A program made the translations under genes and the position numbers. This document shows, one piece after another, positions 20,087-30,500 of a stretch of 32,000 bases of DNA. Every line of letters starts with the position of its first letter. Position 1 is the stretch's first letter. The stretch spans positions 300,001 to 332,000 of the forward strand of contig NC_010503.1 in assembly GCF_000019345.1 (NCBI RefSeq), read 5' to 3'. Below the pieces are notes generated by a model. It ran no database searches, was not told the DNA's origin, and worked only from the letters and a program-made list of their open reading frames with translations. The DNA comes from Ureaplasma parvum serovar 3 str. ATCC 27815 (lineage in GTDB: Bacteria; Bacillota_I; Bacilli_A; Mycoplasmatales; Mycoplasmoidaceae).

Positions 20087-21699
20087 TGAAACATATACAA
20101 AAAACAAAATTTATTTTTGTAACTGGTGGTGTTTATTCATCATTAGGTAAAGGGGTTAGTGCTAGTAGTATTGGTCGAATTCTTGTTGAATTAGGATATA
20201 GTGTTGCAATGCAAAAGCTTGATCCATATTTAAATATTGATCCCACTTATTTATCACCATTACAACATGGAGAAGTATTTGTTACAAAAGACGGTAAAGA
20301 AGCAGATTTAGATTTAGGTACTTATGAACGTTTTATTAATGCTGATTTAAATAAATATGCGTCAGTAACTTCAGGAAAAATTTATTATGAAATTTTAACA
20401 AAAGAGCGTGAAAATGGTTTTGACGGTAAAACTGTTCAAACTATTCCACATGTCACATCTGCAGTTATTGATTACATTAAAAAAATTAAAGATAGTTTAA
20501 AAACTGATTTTATTATTGTTGAAATTGGAGGAACAATTGGAGATATTGAATCGCTTCCATTTATTGAAGCTATTAGTCAATTTAAAACAATTTATGGTGT
20601 AAATAATGTAATGTTTATTCACTGTTCACCGCTTATTTATATTGAAAAAGTAGGTGAATTAAAAACAAAACCAACTCAACATAGCGTTAAGACGTTACGT
20701 TCATTAGGAATTAATTTAGATTTATTGTTATTAAGAACTAATCAAAAATTAGATGAAGTAACGATTAAAAAATTAGCATGATCTTGTGGATTAGATATTG
20801 ATATGATTTTTGCTGCTTATGATGTTGAGTCAGTTTATTTATTACCAAATGTTTTGTTTGAGCAAGGGATTCATAAAACTATTTTAGATTTTTTTAGTCT
20901 ACCTTTAAAAAATGATAATATTAATTCATGAATAGATTTTACTGATAAAATTACAACCTTTAAAAAACATAATTTAGTTATAGGTTTAGTTGGAAAATAT
21001 GTTGAATTACCCGATGCTTATAAATCAGTATTAGCGAGTTTAGAATTAGCAGCAATTGAATTAAATATTGATTTAAAGATTAAATATATTCAACCCCAAA
21101 ATTTAAATGAAAACAACATAAATGAAGAACTAAAAAAAATAAATGGTATTGTTATTCCAAGTATTGCAGGTTCAATAAAAGGCTGACCAGGAGCTTTATT
21201 AGCTGCATCTTATGCAAGAAAAAACAATATTCCATTTTTAGCTGTGGGAACTGGCGTTAATATTGGTATTGGTGAATTCATTAATAATGTACTAAAACTT
21301 CCAATTGAATTTATTAATTTAGGCAATGGTGATTTTAGTTTTTTAAAAGACGCTTTCGTTAAAAATGAAATTGAAAATTATCGAATTGGAGAGTATTGTT
21401 CTAATATTCAAGCTAACACTATAACAAGCCAAATTTATCTCAAACAAAATCAATTGAACGAGCGCCATCGTCATCATTTTGAATTTAACAATCATTATAT
21501 TAATAATTATTTTTTAAATCAAAATTGAAAAATTGGAGCAATTTCAGTGGATAATAATTATATTGATGTTTTAGAATACACAAAAAATCATTTTTATGTT
21601 TTAACAATTTTTAATCCAGAATATACATCAAAACCTTCAAAGGCAAATCCTTATTTTATTAATTTATTAAAGATGAGTTTAAAAATAAAAGAAAGTTAG
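20086..21699 (+). CDS. pyrG: CTP synthase (PyrG) with a divergent glutaminase domain
   Basis: Pieces 20071-20781 and 21244-21528 plus TGA-joined segments to TAG 21697-21699 share one frame. The preferred start is ATG 20086 (MKHIQKTKFIFVTGGVYSSLGKG), overlapping the rel stop (TAATG). Synthase-domain motifs are intact: DPYLNIDPTYLSPLQHGEVFVT, DLDLGTYERF, EIGGTIGDIESLPFIEA. Confidence 0.9.
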
Positions 21700-21702
21700 A
21701 AT

Positions 21703-22965
21703 ATGATTAATTACAGTAAACCACGAGGTACTATAGATTTATATAATAAAGAAATGAATGATTTTAAATTACTTGAAAATTTTTTATTATCAACTACTAA
21801 AAGATATGGCTTTCAGCAAATTAAAACACCTGTTTTTGAATTTGCAGAACTCTTTATGAAATCAGCTGGTGAAAGTTCAGATTTAGTTTCAAAAGAAATG
21901 TATTTATTTAAAGATAAATCAGATCGCTGACTAGCGTTAAGACCTGAAGGAACAGCAGGTGTTATTCGTGCTGTTGTTGAGAATAAATTACTATTAAATC
22001 ATCCACTACCATTAAAATTAATGTATTTTGAGCCTTGTTTTCGTTATGAACGCCCTCAAGCTGGACGTCAACGCCAATTTCATCAATTTGGTGTTGAAGT
22101 GTTGGGAACAAAAAATATTTATTATGATTTTGAATTAATTGCTTTAGCTGATACAATTTTAAAAAAATTAATGATATCTAATTATATTTTAGAAATTAAT
22201 TATATCTCATCTCCTCATAATCGTTCATTATGAGTTAAAAGTTTGCAAGAATATTTTCATTTACATCGTACTGAATTAACTCCATTAAGTCAAGAACGTA
22301 TTACAACCAATCCTTTGCGTATTTTAGATGATAAATTAGAATCTCAAAAACTAGTTGTAAAACAAGCTCCAAAAATTAGTCATTTTTTATCAAATGAAGA
22401 AAAAGAAGAATTTAATCTAATTAAAAAAATGCTTGATGATTATAACATTAAATATTATGTTAACGAAGGATTAGTAAGAGGTTTGGATTATTATAGTGGA
22501 TTAGTATTTGAATTTATTTCAACTTCACCTAAATTATTAGGTCAATCAACAATTATAGGTGGAGGCCGATATGGTGAATTAATTAAACAAACAGGTGGCC
22601 CTAATTATGAAGGTATTGGTTTTGGTATAGGAATTGAACGTTTATTAATAGCTTTATCTGAAACCAATAAAAATATTTTAAACACTGATGATGATAAATA
22701 TTTAATTGCATTTTTTGATAAAGAATTAGAGAATGAAGCTATAAAACTAACTCAAATATTACGTATCAATAATCAATTAAATGTTGACATTATCTTAAGT
22801 TCAACTAAAGCTGACAAAATTTTTAAGTTAGCACAACGTTTAAATGTAAAAAAGCTTATAATATTAGCTAAAAAAGAATGATCAGATAAAAAAATAATTT
22901 TAAAAGATTTACTTAATTTTAAACAAGATTTATTAAGTTTAGATGAAATTAAAGGAATAAGGTAA
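21703..22965 (+). CDS. hisS: Histidyl-tRNA synthetase
   Basis: Pieces 21703-21930, 22021-22233 and 22243-22881 plus a tail to TAA 22963-22965 share one frame via TGA. Motifs: LRPEGTA, FRYERPQAGRQRQFHQFGVE (motif 2) and GGGRYGEL (motif 3). Confidence 0.9.
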
Positions 22966-22970
22966 TAAAA

Positions 22971-24707
22971 ATGAAAGTTTATTGTGGTTATATTGGTGAA
23001 GAACATTTAGAAAAAAATGTTATTTTAAATGGTTGAGTAAAAAAAGTTCGTAAAATGGGTAATTTAGTTTTTGTTGACCTAAAAGATCGATTTGGAATTG
23101 TACAAATTTTTGCAACAAAAAGTGATGGTGTTTTTAATGAATTAACACAACTTTCACGTGAGGATGTAATTAATGTTGAAGGTTTAGTTTTGTTGAGAAA
23201 AAACCCTAATAATGATTTAAAAACAGGTAGATTTGAAATTCATGTCAAAAAAATACTTATTTATTCAAAAGCAAAAACACCACCATTAATTATTGAAGAT
23301 GAAACTGATGCAAATGAGGAAATTCGTTTTAGATATCGTTATTTAGATTTACGTCGTGATGTTAATTTAAAAATTTTTGAATTGCGAAGTAAAGTTTACC
23401 AAGCTTTTAGAAATTACTTATATTCACAAGACTTTATTGAAACTGAAACTCCTATTTTAGCAAAACCAACGCCAGAAGGTGCACGAGATTTTTATGTGCC
23501 AACAAGAACTAGAAAATTTTATGCTTTACCACAATCACCTCAAACTTTTAAACAATTATTAATGGTTGCGGGTTTTCAAAAATATTTTCAAATTACAAAA
23601 TGTTTTCGTGATGAAGATTTAAGAAGCGATCGTCAACCAGAATTTACTCAAGTTGATATAGAATTATCATTTGCTGATGAAATAGAAATTCAGACATTAA
23701 TTGAAAATTTATTAAAATATGTTTTTAAACAAACCATTAATGTTGATTTAACAACTCCTTTTATGCGAATGAGTTATGAGCAAGCGATAAATGATTATGG
23801 TAGTGATAAACCAGATTTACGTTTTGATTTGAAAATTAAAACACTTAACACATATTTTGAAAATTCAAAAACATTATTTTTTCAAAAAGCACTTTTAAAT
23901 AATCAAAGTATTCGTGCAATTTTAGTACCTAATATTAATTTAAATAAAAAACAAGTACAAACTCTTGAAAAGTTTGCCAAAGACAAAGGTGCTAAAGGTT
24001 TAAGTTGAATAAGTATTAAAGATGAAAAAATTATAGATGGTTCGTTATTATCAATTCAAGAAGATCATATAATTTATAAAACGATTTTTAAAGACTTTAA
24101 TTTATCAACTGGATCAATTTTATTAGTTGCTGATACTTTTGATATTGCATCTCAAGCATTAGGTTTAGTACGTATAAATTTAGCATCTATTCTTAATTTA
24201 AAAAAACCCAATATTTTTAAATTTGTTTGAATTATTGATTGACCATTATATGAATATGATAATGAGGCTCAACGTTTTGTTGCTGCACACCATCCTTTCA
24301 CAATGCCAACTTTAGAAACATTAAATACTTTTGATGTAAATAAAAAAGACGCTAGAGGTCGTAGTTATGATATTGTTTTAAATGGTTATGAATTAGGTGG
24401 AGGATCAGTTCGGATTATAGACCAACAAATTCAACGCCGTATGTTTAAATCAATTAATATGAGTGATGAAGAGGCTAATTTAAAATTCGGTTTTTTACTA
24501 ACTGCATTCGAATATGGTGTTCCGCCACATTGTGGAATTGCTTTGGGTTTAGATCGTTTGATGATGATTTTAGTGAATAGTGAATATATTCGCGATGTTG
24601 TTGCATTTCCTAAGAATAACAACGGCGTTGATATGATGTTAGACGCACCATCTAACATGAATGATGAAGATTTAAAAGAATTAGGTTTAAAAATAAAAAA
24701 TGATTAA
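22971..24707 (+). CDS. aspS: Aspartyl-tRNA synthetase
   Basis: ATG 22971 (MKVYCGYIGEEHLEKNVILNGWVKKVRKMGNLVFVDLKDRFG) is in frame with pieces 23055-24008 and 24303-24707 through TGA codons. Motifs: QSPQ, FRDEDLRSDRQPEFTQ, HHPFT, GGGSVRI, GLDRL. Confidence 0.9.
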
Positions 24708-25536
24708 TAAAAAGATAAAGATTAACCCAAATATAACATATTTTAAACAAAAAATTTCTAATTATCATGAGCATTTGTTAGTTTGAAATGATTTATATGA
24801 TAAATTAATTTCATTGACTAATAATATTATTGTTGATAAAAATAACAAAAATATTTATCATCAAAACGACAAACAAATTTTTGATTTTACTTTATGTTTA
24901 TCTGGTCTTTTGTCTAAAACTTTAGGTTTAAATCATAAATCATCTTCGCTTTATTTAACAAATGATGATGAAGTAGCGCATCGTTTTAAGATTAAAGTTT
25001 TGCATAATTATTTTAATTTATATAATATTGAAGAATTTTTTACGTTTATGGATAATCAAATTCCTTTAGAAAATGCAAAAAATATTGCACGTTTAAGTTT
25101 AATTTATGATTTAAAACAACATGAAAATATTTTAAAAACTATATCGAATGAAGGTTTAGAAAATATTGATTTAGAATTTGCTTTCATTAATTTTTTAAGA
25201 GCAAAAATCTCTATTAATTTTGCCTATAGTTATGATATTTCTGAAGTAATTTTATTGTTGCGAACAGGGCTAGATTTACATTTTTTAGAAAATGAGCATT
25301 TTAGTAATCTTATACCAGTTTTTGGATTAGAAACAATTAAATATTTCAAGAATTGAAAAGAATTTTTAATTAACTATGTTATGACCGTTGCATATCATAA
25401 TTTAGATATTAATGACCCTAAAAATGTTCTTTTAGCAACGCAAAAATTCTTTAATCATATTAATGAAATAATTATTGATTATGGTTTAGATAAACGTGAT
25501 CAATGAATTAAAAAAATTATTCCTTTTGAAGAATAA
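24700..25536 (+). CDS. Hypothetical protein
   Basis: ATG 24700 overlaps the aspS 3' end by 8 nt. It is in frame with track piece 24814-25356 and continues through TGA to TAA 25534-25536; about 278 aa. No TM segments and no domain I can name with confidence. Confidence 0.55.
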
Positions 25537-25576
25537 TTATAGTAAAATAAGAAAGTCAATAGAGAGAGATAAATTT

Positions 25577-26074
25577 ATGATTAAGAGTATTTGAATTGCT
25601 GGAGGTTGTTTTTGAGGTATTCAAAAATATTTTGATAGCATTATTGGTGTTAATCATACAGTTGTTGGTTATAGTCAAGGAAACGTTATTAATCCAAGTT
25701 ATGAACAAGTTTGCACTCAAACAACCAACCATACAGAAACTGTTCAAATCGATTATGATGATCGTTTTGTTAGTTTAATAAGTATTTTAGAACATCTTTA
25801 TCAAATCATTGATCCTTTTAGTTTAAATAAGCAAGGCGATGATGTTGGTAGTCAATACCGTAGTGGTATTTATTATGTGGATCACGATGATGAGTTTATT
25901 ATTAAAGATTTTTTATTAAAAAAACAAAATCAAACACCAAAAAAAATTATGATTGAAGTTGAAAGATTACGCAATTTTAATATTGCTGAAGAATACCATC
26001 AAAAATATTTAGATAAAAATCCTAATAGTTATTGTCATGTTGATTTATCATTATCTAAAAAAGAATTCAGATAA
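25577..26074 (+). CDS. msrA: Peptide-methionine (S)-S-oxide reductase
   Basis: ATG 25577 is in frame with piece 25877-26074 via TGA codons. The N-terminus MIKSIWIAGGCFWG carries the catalytic GCFWG motif, with both Trp encoded by TGA. Also present: SQYRSGIYY and EEYHQKYL. Confidence 0.9.
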
Positions 26075-26102
26075 AAACCAGGCGTTTTTGCGTCTGGTTT
26101 TT
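26073..26102. terminator. Bidirectional rho-independent terminator between convergent msrA and the tetR/gpx operon
   Basis: AAAAA-CCAGGCG-TTTTTG-CGTCTGG-TTTTT. A 7-bp GC-containing stem (one G-T pair) is flanked by an A-run on one side and a T-run on the other. Confidence 0.6.
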
Positions 26103-26109
26103 ATATTTT

Positions 26110-26700
26110 TTAATCATTAATATTATTACAAGATTGATATTTCTCTAATTTTTTAATAACATTATCTTTTAAAACGTTAGTTAAAAATACCGCCATATCA
26201 TGAATTGATTCTTTAGCACCATTTTTTAACCATTGCATTCTAATATTACAAAAAAATCCTGTTAAATAATTAATTAAATATTTATCAATTGAATTATTTG
26301 ACATATTACCTATAGCATAAAAACCACTTTCAGTGGTTAAATCAACAATTAATCCACTAAAATTATTTTTATCTAAGATTAGAAAATATTCTTTGAATTC
26401 TAAACTAATTTGTAATGAAATTTCATAAAATTTAGTAAAACCAACTTCATCAAAATTGATATTTAGGTTATTATTTATTAATTTACTTACAACTTTCCAA
26501 TTATAAATATTTTTAATAAAATAATTAATAATCGAAATTTTATCACTAAAATTACGATAATATGAAGGTCGCGAAACATCTGCAACCTCAATAATTTGTG
26601 AAATTTTAATTTTGTTAAATGAATTGGTTTTCAACAAATTAAATAAAGCTGAAACAATTTTTAATTTAACTTTTGAAATTTTAATTTTTTCTACTGCCAT
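26110..26700 (-). CDS. TetR/AcrR-family transcriptional regulator
   Basis: Intact 196-aa ORF. The N-terminal HTH region KIVSALFNLLKTNSFNKIKISQIIEVADVSRPSYYRNFSDK fits the TetR_N pattern. The C-terminal ligand domain is uncharacterised. Confidence 0.85.
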   Translation of the reverse strand: MAVEKIKISKVKLKIVSALFNLLKTNSFNKIKISQIIEVADVSRPSYYRNFSDKISIINYFIKNIYNWKVVSKLINNNLNINFDEVGFTKFYEISLQISLEFKEYFLILDKNNFSGLIVDLTTESGFYAIGNMSNNSIDKYLINYLTGFFCNIRMQWLKNGAKESIHDMAVFLTNVLKDNVIKKLEKYQSCNNIND

Positions 26701-26706
26701 TTATTT

Positions 26707-27180
26707 TTATAAATTATTTTTAATAAATTCTTCTAAATCATTTGGTTCACATTTTGATTCAAAACGTCCAATAATTTCATCATTTTTAACAAAAAATTTC
26801 TCAAAATTTCATTTTACTGCTTTTGCTTTTGGACTTCATGGATACTCAGTAATTAATTGTTTGTATAATGGAGAAATATTAGAACCTACAACATTAGTTA
26901 GATCCATTATTGGAAAAGTAACATTGTATTTTGTTGAACAAAATTCCTTTATTTTATTATTGTCATCAAATTCTTGAAACATAAATTGACGGCAAGGAAA
27001 AGCGACAATGATGAATCCTTTATTCTTATATTTTTTGTATAAATATTCTAATTGTTCATATTGTTTAGCGTATCCACATTTACTTGCTACATTAACAATT
27101 AAGACTAGTTTATTCTTAACTTTTGATCAATTAAACAATTTTTTATCGATATCTAAGACCGGATAATCACTTAATTTCAT
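26707..27180 (-). CDS. Glutathione-peroxidase-family thiol peroxidase
   Basis: Reverse-strand ORF from ATG 27180 to TAA 26707-26709, with three in-frame TGA codons, so it is missing from the track. It reads MKLSDYPVLDIDKKLFNWSKVKNKLVLIVNVASKCGYAKQYEQLEYLYKKYKNKGFIIVAFPCRQFMFQE...KWNFEKFFV. The GPx signatures are NVASKCG (peroxidatic Cys), FPCxQF and WNFEKF. The stop lies 6 nt before the tetR start. Confidence 0.85.
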
Positions 27181-27196
27181 ATTTAGCCTTTCCATA

Positions 27197-27217
27197 TTTT
27201 AATGTAAAACATTGAAA
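27197..27217. promoter_or_regulatory. Imperfect 21-bp palindrome, candidate TetR operator, abutting a -10 box of the gpx-tetR operon
   Basis: TTTTAATGT-AAA-ACATTGAAA, with arms matching 8 of 9. On the - strand it starts at the last base of TATAAT (27222-27217). It lies 17-37 nt upstream of the gpx ATG (27180). Confidence 0.3.
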
Positions 27218-27516
27218 TTATACTCTAAATTTAACAATATTATATACTAGTTAGTTTTTGTAATATTTATTATAAAGTATAAGATGGAATCTAAGTATCT
27301 ATTAAAACATTAGTTGCTTTTGATATTTAATAAAAAATATTAAAAAAAGTTATGATATTATTTTTGCTAAAATATATTAGGTAATTATTAAAAATAAAAA
27401 GATGTTTAAAGATTTTTTGTAATTTATTTACTAGATCTTTGTCTATCTTATTTTTACTATATTATTGTTTTTATAAATGTCCATTTTAAAACAAATTACG
27501 TTAGGAAGTGTTCAAT

Positions 27517-30500
27517 ATGGATAAAAAAAGTAAGAAAATTCTAGGATTAAGTGTTGCTTCAATTATTGCAGCACTTGCGATTATTGCTCCATCTACTTAT
27601 TTTGGTTTACAAAAACAAGAAGAGGGTAAAAAAGATATTAATTTAGATAATGTTACGCGAAAAATACCTGGTGAAACTAAAGATGATATCAAAGTTGAAG
27701 ATTTAAATAATATTAATGATCAAAATACAGATCTTAAACTTGATTTTAGTAAGGTAAGTATTAAACCCCAAACAAAAATTAATTATTTAGCGATTGGTGA
27801 TTCAATCACAGCTGGTTTTAATTCAGAATTAGGTTGAGAAGCCCCAGGTCGCTATGATCCAATAACTAATAAAATTAGTGGATTAAGTTTTCCTTCATTT
27901 ATTGCGCAATACATAAATAAAGTTGAACCAAATCGTTTAGCTTCTTATGAAAATTTAGGAATCACAGGATCACGCATCGAAGACTGATTATATATGTTAG
28001 GTGCTGGAAGTGATGAGTATTTTAAAAATCAAGAATATAGATTTTTTGATTTTTCTAAACAAATGGATCAACAAAAAGATAATCCTTTTAAAAACCGTTT
28101 ATCAAAGTTTTTTAAAAATTTTGGTTATGATTCAAAATTAACACCAAAAAATAATCATGAAGTTAATATTAATGATTTTAATGGTTTAAAAGAGCAAATT
28201 AAAAAAGCTAATTTAATGACAATCACCTTAGGTGCTAATGATTTTTTAAGATATTTAGACATTCCAAAACTTGTTAGTTTAACAAATTTGAAAGGTAATG
28301 ATTTAGAAATAAAAGTTAAAGAGTTCGAAAATAATTTACAAAAGGCATCTTTAGAAATTACAAAAAATCTAAAGAAATTAATCGCTCTTATTCGTACTTT
28401 AAATTCTAATGTATCTATTACATTAGTAAGTTATCCATTACCACTATTACGTTTACAAGATGTAATAGATAGTTCATTTAAATTAACAAATAAACGTCGT
28501 TTAAGTGATGAAATTATAAATATTCTAAATAGTGCCATTAAAAAAACATATGATTTAAATAATAATATCAACTATATCGATGCTTTTGATGAGAATGATT
28601 GAAAAGAAAACAGTTTTAATTTTGCAAAAGCAATTTTTGATATTCATCCAACTGAATTAGGATATAAACGGATGGCTCAAGATATTTTTCTAAAAATGTC
28701 TTTGGGACAAAATTACGCTCAGCAAAAAACTGCTTCTATTGCAAATGCTATTTATGATGCATGAGATAGTGAATATTTTAATAAAGATAGCGATAGTTTT
28801 AAACAACAAATTGGTTTTGCTAATAACACAAATCAAGATCTAGTAGAAAAAACTTTAGGTTCTTCAAAAGGTGCGGCATTTTGAGCGAAAACTGCTCTTG
28901 AAAATGATGAAGAATTACGTAAATCCTTTTCTAATTTTAAAAATACCTCAACAATTGTTAAAGATTGATTAATTTCAAATAAACGACGTTTTGGGAGTTT
29001 TGTTAATTTAATTACTTCAAATTTAACATCATTAGGATTAGATAAAAATGGATATATCAGTCAATTTTTATCAAAAAAAGATGCTGATAACACTAATAAT
29101 TTATATAAATTAGCATCAGCTTTAGCATCAACACCATATATTGATATGGTTATTTCTGGAATTCAAAATGATTTAGATAATTTAGATTTAGATAAAAATA
29201 ATATAATTGGGACACAAAATATTTCTAAAAAAATTTTATATGATGTTTTTAGAAAAAATATTATCAATGATCAGAATTTATATGAATTAATTAAAGGAAT
29301 GTTTCATTCTCAGCTATTCAATGAAAATAAATCTCAAATTAAATCTTTAATAAAAGCTTTATTAAGTGATTTGGTTAGTTCCCATAAATTATTAGAAATA
29401 ATTTTTGGTGAATTTGCAACTGATAATTTAAAGAATAATAATGAATTCTTAAAAAATTTACTAATAATCCAAAATAAATTAACTCAAACAAAATCACTAG
29501 ATAACATTATTAATGTTTTTGTAGATGCTTTGTTTGATAATGATAATGAATATTTATTGCAGGGTCCTTTATCAAATGTTTTAGCAAAAATTGTTAAGAC
29601 TAATAAAGCATTGTTAACAACTAGAATTGACAATTTATTTAATGATTTATTTAAAGATCAAACAACATTAGATGCAACTTATAACATTCTAATAAGAGTT
29701 TTAGGCCAAAATATTCCTGATTTTATAAAAACTCCGCAAGCATCTTTAATAATTAAAAAAATTTTATCAAAAGGTACAAATTTAAAATTAATAAACACTT
29801 TAAAATTAAATACGATTGATTTATTAACTGATTCAAAAACATATGCTGGCATATTTGATTCATCAGAAACTTCAATTATCAATCTTATTCAAAAATCCAT
29901 CGATTTTACTTCAAAATCATTTATTAGCGATGTTTTAGATTTATTAACATCAGATAATGTTGATTTAAACGAATGAAAAGAATTTATTAAAACAATTTTA
30001 AACTCTTCAACAATTAAAAATATATTTAATTATGGTATTGTTAATTTAGTTTCTTCTAATACCACACCATTAAAAACCAGTCATTTTGATTTTAATGTTT
30101 TATTAAAAAATTTAATTGCTGTTTTAGAGGAAAAAGATTGAACAACCAACCAAAAAACAAAATTAAAAAGCCTTTTAAGAATGAGTGTTGATGAATTATT
30201 AAAAAATCCACAAACTCAAAATTTTGTTACTTCTATAGAAGATTTTATTGCTAATAAATTAGGCGATCTGGTAATTAGTGCAAATAATAGTTTACTAAAA
30301 TCAAATATGTCTGATATTTGAAAACTAATCAAAGAAGTTGTTCATGACTTAATTCATAGTTCTGAATCATATGATCTAATATTTTCAATTATTAATGACT
30401 TTATTGATCATCCACAAAATTATGATAATTTAAATAATATTAATGATTTATTACCATTAATTTTAAAATCTACAAATAAAGAACTTCAAGATAAGGTTGA

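Noticed and set aside
21962-23006. Track ORFs 21962-22156 (-) and 22773-23006 (-)
   Set aside because: Antisense to hisS and the hisS/aspS junction.
24431-24658. Track ORF 24431-24658 (-)
   Set aside because: Antisense to the aspS catalytic-core region.
25556-25778. Track ORFs 25556-25747 (-) and 25596-25778 (+)
   Set aside because: Wrong strand or frame relative to msrA, whose GCFWG-containing frame is unambiguous under table 4.
26612-26977. Track ORF 26612-26977 (+), 121 aa
   Set aside because: It lies antisense across the tetR start and most of the gpx gene. The - strand reading gives two clearly recognisable proteins.
1815-29976. Apparent fragmentation of valS, trmB, argS, pgk, rel, pyrG, hisS, aspS and the SGNH gene into many short ORFs, which could be read as pseudogenes or frameshifts
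   Set aside because: All fragments of each gene share one reading frame and are separated only by TGA codons at plausible Trp positions. This is a translation-table artefact, not gene decay.
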